From: Nitrospira tepida
Lineage (GTDB): Bacteria; Nitrospirota; Nitrospiria; Nitrospirales; Nitrospiraceae
DNA length: 24,000 nt
Assembly: GCF_947241125.1 (NCBI RefSeq)
Contig: NZ_OX365700.1
Span: 3,916,461 to 3,940,460 of the forward strand
Direction of reading: 5' to 3'
In this document: piece after piece, positions 6,285 to 13,304 of the stretch
Position numbering within the stretch: the first letter of the stretch is position 1
How the letters are laid out: each line of letters starts with the position of its first letter
Position numbers and translations under genes: made by a program
Notes under the pieces: generated by a model
What the model was told of the DNA's origin: nothing
Database searches by the model: none
What the model saw: the letters and a program-made list of their open reading frames with translations, nothing else

Positions 6285-6642
6285 ATGTCCAAAGTGGCGA
6301 TTGTTATTCTGGCCGATACGGACACCCATGAGGGGCTGGGCCGGGTGGTGAACGCGTTGGAGGCCGTCAAGGAATTCAAGGACGGCCACGACGACGTCCA
6401 ACTGATTTTCGACGGCGCAGGGCCCAATGTGGATCGTGGAATTGGAGAAGCCCGATCACAAGCTGCACGGGCTCTACAACGCGGTGAAGGATCGGATCGG
6501 CGGCGCGTGCGAGTTTTGTGCCGGAGCCTTCGGCGTGAAAGACAAAGTCGTCGCATGTGGAGTGAAGCTGGCGGGAGAATATGACGGCCATCCGAGCTTC
6601 AAGAAGCTGGTGTCGGCGGGCTATCAGGTCATCACGTTTTAG
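6285..6642 (+). pseudogene. DsrE-family (sulfur-relay-like) protein gene with a +1 frameshift near 6429
   Basis: ATG 6285 (GAAAGGAG RBS) gives MSKVAIVILADTDTHEGLGRVVNALEAVKEFKDGHDDVQLIFDGAGPN, then Arg-rich nonsense. The next frame from 6430 reads WIVELEKPDHKLHGLYNAVKDRIGGACEFCAGAFGVKDKVVACGVKLAGEYDGHPSFKKLVSAGYQVITF and ends at 6642. Skipping one nt (g6429) joins them into a 118-aa protein. The span is 358 nt (3n+1). Confidence 0.75.
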
Positions 6643-6655
6643 CCTGTCTGTCCAA

Positions 6656-6686
6656 GGTCGGGGTGGAGAGTATTCTATCCCCGACC
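6656..6686. terminator. Hairpin between convergent genes (possible bidirectional terminator)
   Basis: GGTCGGGG (6656-6663), 15-nt loop, CCCCGACC (6679-6686). It lies between the stops at 6642 (+) and 6705 (-). Confidence 0.35.
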
Positions 6687-6704
6687 CACCGACTCGATGA
6701 TCTC

Positions 6705-7247
6705 TCAATACACGATTATCCGGTCCGCTTCAGAGAAGAGCTGGACCATCCGATCGAGCGAAACGGGGGTAATGGAGGTCGCCACCCGATCAAGATCGAT
6801 CTTGTAGAGTAGCATCATGGTCCGGTTGCCGTAAATTTCGACTCCCAGCTTGCGCTTGAGGATCTCAAAGTACTCGCCGTAATTATGCGGGACCTGCTCC
6901 AAGGGTACGCCCATCTGTTCGGAGACGCTCTGCCGTTCTCGCTCCGGCAGCCCCGCTCGATCGAGCGCGGTACTCTCCGAACCGACCAGTCTGCGAAAAA
7001 AGCCAAACCCCTTGGTCACTGACGTCACCGCGCTGGCATCAACCAGAATTGTCACCCTATGGCCCGCCTTGACGGCCGCCCAAGCCACATTCGGCACGGC
7101 GCAGATTTGCGCGTCGTCCTCGGCCAGTGACGTCTTCATGTGGATGAGGATGCGGGACTGGTTCGTTTGTTGCGCCTCCACCGAAGCAGTCCCTATCAGC
7201 AGACTCACGGCCAAGGCACAGATGACGCTATAGCCTCTCGTCCTCAT
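6705..7247 (-). CDS. Secreted DsrE/DsrF-like family protein
   Basis: Signal peptide MRTRGYSVICALAVSLLIGTASVEA|QQ, then ILIHMKTSLAEDDAQICAVPNVAWAAVKAGHRVTILVDASAV (Rossmann-like DsrE fold pattern with a conserved Cys). A GGAGGTGA RBS sits inside the upstream gene and the two genes overlap by 20 nt, suggesting translational coupling. Confidence 0.6.
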   Translation of the reverse strand: MRTRGYSVICALAVSLLIGTASVEAQQTNQSRILIHMKTSLAEDDAQICAVPNVAWAAVKAGHRVTILVDASAVTSVTKGFGFFRRLVGSESTALDRAGLPERERQSVSEQMGVPLEQVPHNYGEYFEILKRKLGVEIYGNRTMMLLYKIDLDRVATSITPVSLDRMVQLFSEADRIIVY

Positions 7248-7641
7248 CCTTCACCTCCGTTTGTACCTCACCGCCGGGGTCATCGTGGACACAGCAGGTG
7301 ACAGACTGATCCGGTCGCCGCTCATTGATGGCTGCCTTGTACGCAGCGTAGGCCTTGAGTGCCCATTCCTCGCCAGGACAGCCTTGCATGGTCATCGCCA
7401 CGTTCAGAAATTCCAGGATTTCTGCTTGCGTTGCATCTCGTTCCACCGCCATGCGGACATAGGCCCGAATGCAGGGCTCGCAGCGAATCGCGATGGAGAT
7501 GGCCATGGCAGTGAGCAATTTATACTTGGCCGCGACCGCCGCATCACGATAGGTTTCCTGCCGCATGCGCAGGAGCCCGCCGGTCACGGTCGGGCTGACG
7601 CGACGCAACTCCTGAAACAGAGCCTCGTTTTCCCGATCCAT
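7228..7641 (-). CDS. AhpD-like / carboxymuconolactone decarboxylase family protein (peroxidase-like, CxxC)
   Basis: 137 aa: ...AKYKLLTAMAISIAIRCEPCIRAYVRMAVERDATQAEILEFLNVAMTMQG... This is the AhpD core with a CEPC motif. Confidence 0.75.
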   Translation of the reverse strand: MDRENEALFQELRRVSPTVTGGLLRMRQETYRDAAVAAKYKLLTAMAISIAIRCEPCIRAYVRMAVERDATQAEILEFLNVAMTMQGCPGEEWALKAYAAYKAAINERRPDQSVTCCVHDDPGGEVQTEVKDEDERL

Positions 7642-7689
7642 GCCTCACCTCACGCATAGAGGATGATTGGAGCGTTGTTCATCCGGTCT

Positions 7690-8115
7690 TCATGGCAGGC
7701 CCGACTGGCCTTTCCGTTCCTTCAAGCTCTTCAAGATCGCGCACTCCGCGGTGGGGCGACCGGCTCGGCACGCGCGGATTAAGCCGCCGAGCGCCCGCGC
7801 CAGAGCTTGGAGATCTCGAACCTTGACCTTCACGTGGGCTAATTTGGCTTCCGCTCTCCGTTGGACCTCGCCGCAGCGAGCGGTTGATCGCACTTCCAGG
7901 TCCAGCAATTCGACGATTTCCTTCAGCGTGAAACCCAAGGCTTGGGCATTCTTGATAAACCGAAGGCGCTGAAGCGCATCATTCGCGTACAACCGGTATC
8001 CGGACGGTCTGCGGTCTGTCGGTTGAAGCAGCCTGCGCCGCTCGTAATAGCGGAGGGTCTGGACATTCACCCCGGCCGCCTTGGCCAACTGTCCGATTGT
8101 CAGTCCGGAAGTCAT
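7690..8115 (-). CDS. MerR-family transcriptional regulator with an Hg-MerR-like three-cysteine pattern
   Basis: N-terminal HTH: LTIGQLAKAAGVNVQTLRYYERRRLL..YRLY. Cysteines by my count are C81, C116 and C125, giving spacings of 35 and 9. GAGGGAG RBS precedes the start. Confidence 0.9.
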   Translation of the reverse strand: MTSGLTIGQLAKAAGVNVQTLRYYERRRLLQPTDRRPSGYRLYANDALQRLRFIKNAQALGFTLKEIVELLDLEVRSTARCGEVQRRAEAKLAHVKVKVRDLQALARALGGLIRACRAGRPTAECAILKSLKERKGQSGLP

Positions 8116-8206
8116 AACAACTCCCTCAATCTGATGAAAGAACGATGCGCCTCACTCGGGGGTTGCAAGGCCTCATCTCCGGATCCCCACGTCAAACGAG
8201 CCTTAC

Positions 8207-8236
8207 GGGCGACCGGGGTCCGCACCCCGGTCGCCC
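8207..8236. other. Strong GC hairpin in the merR 5' region (terminator or attenuator-like)
   Basis: GGGCGACCGGGG (8207-8218), loop TCCGCA, CCCCGGTCGCCC (8225-8236), with perfect 12-bp arms. It lies 91 nt upstream of the merR ATG and 20 nt downstream of the candidate 28-codon ORF. Confidence 0.5.
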
Positions 8237-8255
8237 TCTTTCGCCTCTGTCCTGC

Positions 8256-8342
8256 CTACGCGAAGCAGCTCTGCACCCACTGCCAGGCCTTGGATGCCGC
8301 CTCAAACGGACAGAAGCCGAGTGTAGCGACCCATGGGCACAT
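8256..8342 (-). CDS. Candidate 28-codon ORF (MCPWVATLGFCPFEAASKAWQWVQSCFA); speculative
   Basis: ATG at 8342 is preceded by GGGAGGTGAGG (8356-8346). The stop TAG is at 8258-8256. 22 of 28 third positions are G/C. I recognise no homology. Confidence 0.2.
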   Translation of the reverse strand: MCPWVATLGFCPFEAASKAWQWVQSCFA

Positions 8343-8367
8343 CGGCCTCACCTCCCTTCAGAGCCCG

Positions 8368-8399
8368 ATGCTACACCCTGCACCATGGTACCGAGTCAA
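8368..8399 (-). promoter_or_regulatory. Candidate long-spacer (MerR-style) promoter reading toward the small ORF and merR
   Basis: On the minus strand: TTGACT (8399-8394), 20-nt spacer CGGTACCATGGTGCAGGGTG, TAGCAT (8373-8368). The spacer holds an imperfect dyad, ACTCGGTAC-CATG-GTGCAGGGT (6 of 9 positions). Confidence 0.25.
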
Positions 8400-8573
8400 G
8401 GGGTGCGATACATCTGAACAGAGAGGATCCTGTAAGAACGGCCGGCCAGAGCTGACTGAGGGTTTTGACGACCCGATCCTGCCGCGGGGTCGGAGGGCAC
8501 TGCTGTCCAAATCAATTGTGAGCCAGCTTACAGATGCGCGATGCCTCATCCGGTACGGTTTCTGGCCGGCACC

Positions 8574-8602
8574 TTGACGGAGCGGCAGGCGGTTGATACA
8601 TA
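8574..8602 (+). promoter_or_regulatory. Candidate sigma70-type promoter of the arsM operon
   Basis: TTGACG (8574-8579), 17-nt spacer, TACATA (8597-8602). It lies about 40 nt upstream of ATG 8641. Confidence 0.4.
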
Positions 8603-8640
8603 GACCCAGCTCGATGGACCGATTAACCGACGAGGAGGCT

Positions 8641-9828
8641 ATGCCGACAGACGAGATCACCCAACAGGTCAGTGCGCGATACGCGCGGGCGGCGGCGGCG
8701 GGCGAGCCGATGTGCTGCCCCACCGGGTACGATTTTGCCGATCTGAAGACCTTCATCCCGGAAGAAGTGCTGAACATCTCTTATGGTTGCGGAACTCCCG
8801 CCGGCCTCAAGACGGTGGCTCCCGGGGAAACCGTGTTGGACATCGGCTCCGGCGGCGGGATCGATTGTTTCGAAGCCTCTCGGCTGGTCGGCCCTTCCGG
8901 GCGTGTGATCGGTCTCGACATGACGGACACCATGCTGGACATCGCCCGGCGCAATGCGCCCATCGTCGCCGCCAATCTGGGCTACCCTGCTCCCAACGTC
9001 GAGTTTCGTAAAGGCCTGGCCGACGCGATGCCGGTCGGGGACGACACGATCGATCTGGTCATTTCGAACTGCGTGATCAACCTCACGCCGGATAAGCGAA
9101 AGGTGTTCGGGGAAATGTTCCGGGTGGTCAGGCCCGGCGGGCGGTTTACGATTTCCGATATCGTGTCGGATCAAGCCGTGCCGCAATACCTCATCCACGA
9201 CCGCGAGAAATGGGGGGACTGCCTGTCCGGCGCCCTCACGGTCGCCGATTACTTCAATGGGCTTACCGAAGCGGGTTTCGTGGGCGTGCACCAGCTCACG
9301 TTCACACCCTGGCAGGTCATCGACGGCATTCATTTCCTTTCGCTGACCTTAACGGGGTACAAGATTGGTCCGGGTTCACGCTCAGACGTTCCTCGCTACG
9401 CTACACTTCGAGGTCCGTTCAAGCAGGTGATCGACGAGAACGGCCGGACGTTCAGGCGCGGAGTTTCGCAGGCCATCGACGAGACGACCGCTTTGGTGCT
9501 TCGCACCGCTCCTTTCGAATCGTGCTTTTTGCTCTCAGAGGAGCCGCTCCCTCTTGTCCCGCCGGACCCGAGGCTGACGGGAATCGTGCCTGAGCCGTCA
9601 CCCTGCGTTTGGAAGGGACACTTCGCCCTGTTGACCGGGCCGTTTCAGGAGGGGTGCGACGATGACCACCATGTGTACCGGCGAGGAGTGCCTTTGGAGA
9701 TTTGCTCCAAGACGCTCGCGGTATTGGACAGCCCCGCCTATCGACCCCACTTCGCGATCATCAATCGGGCCGGCCATGCCGTGTCGGGTACGGCTGTGTC
9801 CTGCGACCCGAACGGCGCCTGCTGTTGA
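8641..9828 (+). CDS. arsM: Arsenite S-adenosylmethionine methyltransferase (ArsM-type) with a Cys-rich C-terminal domain
   Basis: The SAM-binding motif is VLDIGSGGGIDCF. ArsM-type cysteines are present: PMCCPTGYDF, ISYGCGTP, SNCVINL and GDCLSGAL. The roughly 150-aa C-terminal domain ends in CDPNGACC. I chose ATG 8641 (GAGGAGG just upstream) because the track's TTG at 8593 lies inside the predicted promoter. The start remains uncertain. Confidence 0.85.
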   Translation: MPTDEITQQVSARYARAAAAGEPMCCPTGYDFADLKTFIPEEVLNISYGCGTPAGLKTVAPGETVLDIGSGGGIDCFEASRLVGPSGRVIGLDMTDTMLDIARRNAPIVAANLGYPAPNVEFRKGLADAMPVGDDTIDLVISNCVINLTPDKRKVFGEMFRVVRPGGRFTISDIVSDQAVPQYLIHDREKWGDCLSGALTVADYFNGLTEAGFVGVHQLTFTPWQVIDGIHFLSLTLTGYKIGPGSRSDVPRYATLRGPFKQVIDENGRTFRRGVSQAIDETTALVLRTAPFESCFLLSEEPLPLVPPDPRLTGIVPEPSPCVWKGHFALLTGPFQEGCDDDHHVYRRGVPLEICSKTLAVLDSPAYRPHFAIINRAGHAVSGTAVSCDPNGACC

Positions 9829-9831
9829 GCC

Positions 9832-10881
9832 ATGGCCCCTCTCGCTTCAACCTTAGCGGCCCGTTCCAGCCCCTTGGCCTCGACAGGCCGGCAGCTCCAG
9901 ATGCTCGCCCAGACAACCGCCTGCTCGGCCTTTGACAAACAGCTTGAACAAGCGGGCCTCCATCCCTTGCATGCCACCGGCATCACAGTTTTCCAGATCA
10001 ACGTCGGCAAGCTGTGTAACCAAACCTGCCGCCATTGCCATGTGGATGCCGGTCCGGACCGCACCGAATCGATGTCCCGAGGGACCGCGGAACTCTGTAT
10101 CGCGGCCTTGGCGAAGACCGACATTCCGACAGTCGATATCACGGGCGGGGCGCCGGAGCTGAATCCGAACTTTCGCTGGCTGGTCGAGCAAGCCCGTGCG
10201 CTCGGCCGGCACGTCATGGATCGCTGCAATCTGACGGTCCTGCTGCTCCCCTCGCAAGCGGATCTCGGCTCGTTTCTCGCCCATCACCGCGTGGAGGTGG
10301 TCGCCTCGCTTCCCTATTACCGAGCCGGCCAGACGGATGCGCAACGCGGCGAGGGCGTGTTCGACAAATCCATCCGGGGCCTTCGTCTGCTGAATGAGTT
10401 GGGATACGGCCGCGAAGGCAGCGGGTTGGTCCTCAACCTCATCTACAATCCCGTCGGGGCCTTCCTGCCTCCGAAGCAAGAGGCAATCGAATCCCAATTT
10501 CGCAAGGAGCTGGCGCAACGTTATGGGGTGACGTTCACGCATCTCTACACCATCGCCAACATGCCGATCAGCCGGTTCTTGGAGTTTCTGGTGGAGAGCG
10601 GCAACTATGACGGCTACATGGAGCGGCTCGCTACTGCGTTCAACCCGGCGGCTGCGGCCGGGGTCATGTGTCGCTATACCCTCTCGGTCGGCTGGGACGG
10701 CACGCTCTACGATTGCGACTTCAACCAGATGCTCGACCTGCCGGTTGACGGCCGTGTCCCGCAACATATTCGCGATTTCGACCCCGCTCGACTTGATCAC
10801 CGCCAGATCGTCACCCGCAACCATTGTTACGGCTGCACGGCCGGCTCCGGCTCCTCCTGTGGCGGCGCCGTGACCGGCTAA
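9832..10881 (+). CDS. arsS: Radical SAM / Cys-rich domain protein of the ArsS (arsenosugar biosynthesis) type
   Basis: CNQTCRHCHV is the CxxxCxxC radical SAM cluster motif. Also present are ITGGAPELNP and the C-terminal CYGCTAGSGSSCGGA motif. The start is 3 nt after the arsM stop; an alternative ATG lies at 9901. Confidence 0.85.
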   Translation: MAPLASTLAARSSPLASTGRQLQMLAQTTACSAFDKQLEQAGLHPLHATGITVFQINVGKLCNQTCRHCHVDAGPDRTESMSRGTAELCIAALAKTDIPTVDITGGAPELNPNFRWLVEQARALGRHVMDRCNLTVLLLPSQADLGSFLAHHRVEVVASLPYYRAGQTDAQRGEGVFDKSIRGLRLLNELGYGREGSGLVLNLIYNPVGAFLPPKQEAIESQFRKELAQRYGVTFTHLYTIANMPISRFLEFLVESGNYDGYMERLATAFNPAAAAGVMCRYTLSVGWDGTLYDCDFNQMLDLPVDGRVPQHIRDFDPARLDHRQIVTRNHCYGCTAGSGSSCGGAVTG

Positions 10882-10886
10882 GCCCC

Positions 10887-12026
10887 ATGGACATCCCAGC
10901 GCTCACCCTGTTCCTCATCTTGGCCCTGGCCTTTGCCAACGGAGCCAACGACGTGTCGAAATCCATCGCCACGTTGGTCGGCGGGGGTATCACCGACTAT
11001 CGGACGGCCATCCTCTGGGGAAGCCTCTGGACTACCGTCGGCGCCGGGGCCTCCGCCTTCCTCACCGGCGCCATGATCCACACGTTCAGTCACGGCCTCA
11101 TTCACCCGGGCGTGATCGTGCCGCCGACCATGGCGCTGGCCGTCCTGCTCGGCTCAATGGCCTGGGTCCTGTTCGCCTCGCGGACTGGCCTTCCGGTTTC
11201 CACCACCCATGCCTTAACCGGCTCGATCGTCGGAACCGGGCTCACAGCCTTCGGCGGCGAGGGATTGGTCTGGTCCGCAATCGGGCAAAAGATCGTCCTT
11301 CCGTTGCTGCTCAGTCCGTTACTTGCCTTCACAGCCTCTTTTGTCCTCCACTCTCTGGTGCGCCTGCTCGCCGCACGTTGGGAAGGCGCCTGCCTGTGCG
11401 TGATGCCCGCCTCCCGTGCCCTGGTTGCCATCGATGCACATGGCGGAACCCGCACGCTGTTTCAATCGTCTCGATTCGGACAGCCGGTGATGGCCGTGCC
11501 GGCTCAGTGCGACCAGGCCGGCTTACAGGGGTTGGTGGTCGGCCTCGACACCATCCATTGGATCTCCAGCGGCCTCACATCGTTTGCTCGAGGCACCAAC
11601 GATGCGCCGAAGATCGTGGCGATGCTGCTCTTAGGCAGCGCCGTGACGTCTTGGTCAAGTATAGCGATGCAAGTCCTGGCCTATGCCGGCGTCGCCGCTG
11701 CAATGGGATGGGGCAGCTACCTCGGCGGGGCTCGGGTGACGGAACTGCTCGCCGAAAAGGTCACAAGGATGAACCATACGGAAGGGCTGTCCGCCAATCT
11801 CACGACCTCGTCGCTCGTCCTCCTCTCCGGGACGCTGGGACTACCGGTTTCGACGACCCACGTCAGCAGCTCAGCCATCATCGGTATCGGCCTCCTCAAG
11901 GGTTTGGCCTGCGTCCGGTGGACAACCGTCCGCGACATGCTGCTTGCCTGGATCGTGACCCTGCCGGTCTCCGCCCTCCTCTCCATGCTCGCCTTCCTTT
12001 TGCTCCACCGGATGTCAGGGGCCTGA
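10887..12026 (+). CDS. PiT-family inorganic phosphate (possibly arsenate) transporter
   Basis: Two PHO4 signature repeats are present: FANGANDVSKSIATLVG and FARGTNDAPKIVAML. There are about 10 hydrophobic helices. ATG 10887 lies 5 nt after the arsS stop; the upstream part of track ORF 10824.. overlaps arsS. Confidence 0.85.
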   Translation: MDIPALTLFLILALAFANGANDVSKSIATLVGGGITDYRTAILWGSLWTTVGAGASAFLTGAMIHTFSHGLIHPGVIVPPTMALAVLLGSMAWVLFASRTGLPVSTTHALTGSIVGTGLTAFGGEGLVWSAIGQKIVLPLLLSPLLAFTASFVLHSLVRLLAARWEGACLCVMPASRALVAIDAHGGTRTLFQSSRFGQPVMAVPAQCDQAGLQGLVVGLDTIHWISSGLTSFARGTNDAPKIVAMLLLGSAVTSWSSIAMQVLAYAGVAAAMGWGSYLGGARVTELLAEKVTRMNHTEGLSANLTTSSLVLLSGTLGLPVSTTHVSSSAIIGIGLLKGLACVRWTTVRDMLLAWIVTLPVSALLSMLAFLLLHRMSGA

Positions 12027-12112
12027 CAGTTTTGAAGGGTGGGTATCGTACACAAGATGATGCCGTGGACTCATACGGCATGACTCCGCAACGCAAGGAG
12101 AAGCGTGAATAA

Positions 12113-13213
12113 ATGTGTCCCTCTCCCCGCCAATCCCGGTATAGGCCATTGAGAAATCCTCTGGCAAGGCCGCTCTCTTCCTGCGTCATGGGCATCCTGT
12201 TTCTGACATTCGGTCTGGAAACCACATCTGGGCCGGTTGGGTATGCGTGGGATTGGGTGCCGACCGAGGAAGAGATTCGCCGATATCGGCAGAGTTGGAA
12301 CCCGCTCTCCAACGGTCCGATCTTTATCAGCGGCGTCGATATTCATCCCCGGGGACAGTTCACCTTTCATCCGTTTTTGTTTTCCCAGGTGAGCGAGAAA
12401 CGATTTGGAAACGATCTGACCGTCAACAGCCAACCCTCGCCGATCCATACGTACCAGATCGCCCCGGTCGTCACGATGGCTTATGGGCTGACCAATCACC
12501 TCGAGCTGAACGTGGGACTCTCCGGTTCGTTCTGGTGGGCACGATCGACCACGCAGCTTAACCAAGGACAAGGCGGACCCTGGACCACCGATTCCGGAGT
12601 GGGAGACACGCAGATTTATCTTAAATACCGCCCCATCGTGCAGGATCCGAACGGCTGGCGTCCTTCGGTCACGACCTTCAATATGATCGTGCTCCCTACC
12701 AGTCGCTGGATCACGGGCAGCGAAAGCCCGCCCGGCGGATTCGCTCCGTTGGGTCGGTTGCCTGCTTCGCGATTCGGATCGCTGACGTGGACCGAGGGCG
12801 TCATGTTCCGCAAGAACCTCCGCCCCTTTCGTCTCAGCGGCGGCGTGTTCTACTCCTATCATTTACCGGGAAGCGATGCCGGCCAAAGCACGTATCCCGC
12901 CGACATCATCAATACCAGACTGATCATCGAACACCTGCTCAATGATGACCGTGGATTCGGGTACAACCTGGAGTTTGTCGGATTTCACGGGCTCCCGTGG
13001 CGGGCGGACGGACATCCGATCAATGTCGGCCAGCGGAACGGGTTCAATTCGCTGGGCGTGCAACCAACTATTCAATATCGGCTTGGCGATCATTGGGTCG
13101 GCGCCGCGGGCGTGCTCTTCACCGTAGCCGGACAGAATGTTCAGGATGCGATCTTCCCGAATTTCTCCATTTATTACTACTGGGGCAAGGGAGGAAGAGT
13201 AATCATGCGGTAG
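12113..13213 (+). CDS. Outer-membrane beta-barrel channel (MetA-pathway/transporter-like family)
   Basis: The sequence shows an alternating amphipathic strand pattern. An internal GVGDTQIYLKYRP motif resembles the G.GD....KY motif of this family. The terminus is aromatic-rich (FPNFSIYYYWGKGG). The N-terminal signal is atypical: an Arg-rich 25 aa precedes the hydrophobic segment. Confidence 0.5.
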   Translation: MCPSPRQSRYRPLRNPLARPLSSCVMGILFLTFGLETTSGPVGYAWDWVPTEEEIRRYRQSWNPLSNGPIFISGVDIHPRGQFTFHPFLFSQVSEKRFGNDLTVNSQPSPIHTYQIAPVVTMAYGLTNHLELNVGLSGSFWWARSTTQLNQGQGGPWTTDSGVGDTQIYLKYRPIVQDPNGWRPSVTTFNMIVLPTSRWITGSESPPGGFAPLGRLPASRFGSLTWTEGVMFRKNLRPFRLSGGVFYSYHLPGSDAGQSTYPADIINTRLIIEHLLNDDRGFGYNLEFVGFHGLPWRADGHPINVGQRNGFNSLGVQPTIQYRLGDHWVGAAGVLFTVAGQNVQDAIFPNFSIYYYWGKGGRVIMR

Positions 13214-13304
13214 ACCTGCGACCGGAATGTCTTGCCCAGCCCGTATGAACCTGTTAAGGTGAGTTCCAGCTACTCTGAACAGCTTTCCTACGCGACACTA
13301 CTGA

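Noticed and set aside
6420-6435. Programmed +1 ribosomal frameshift in the DsrE-like gene
   Set aside because: The site has no slippery sequence, no rare or stop codon at the shift site, and no obvious stimulatory structure. A simple insertion or a sequencing error is more parsimonious.
10840-10881. Possible selenocysteine recoding in the ArsS C-terminal GSGSSCGG motif (some family members are selenoproteins)
   Set aside because: The position is a TGT Cys codon. There is no in-frame TGA in the gene.
12113-12190. LSSC in the porin N-terminus as a lipoprotein lipobox
   Set aside because: The residues before it are Arg/Pro-rich rather than hydrophobic, so there is no signal-peptide h-region ahead of the Cys. 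The hydrophobic stretch follows it instead.
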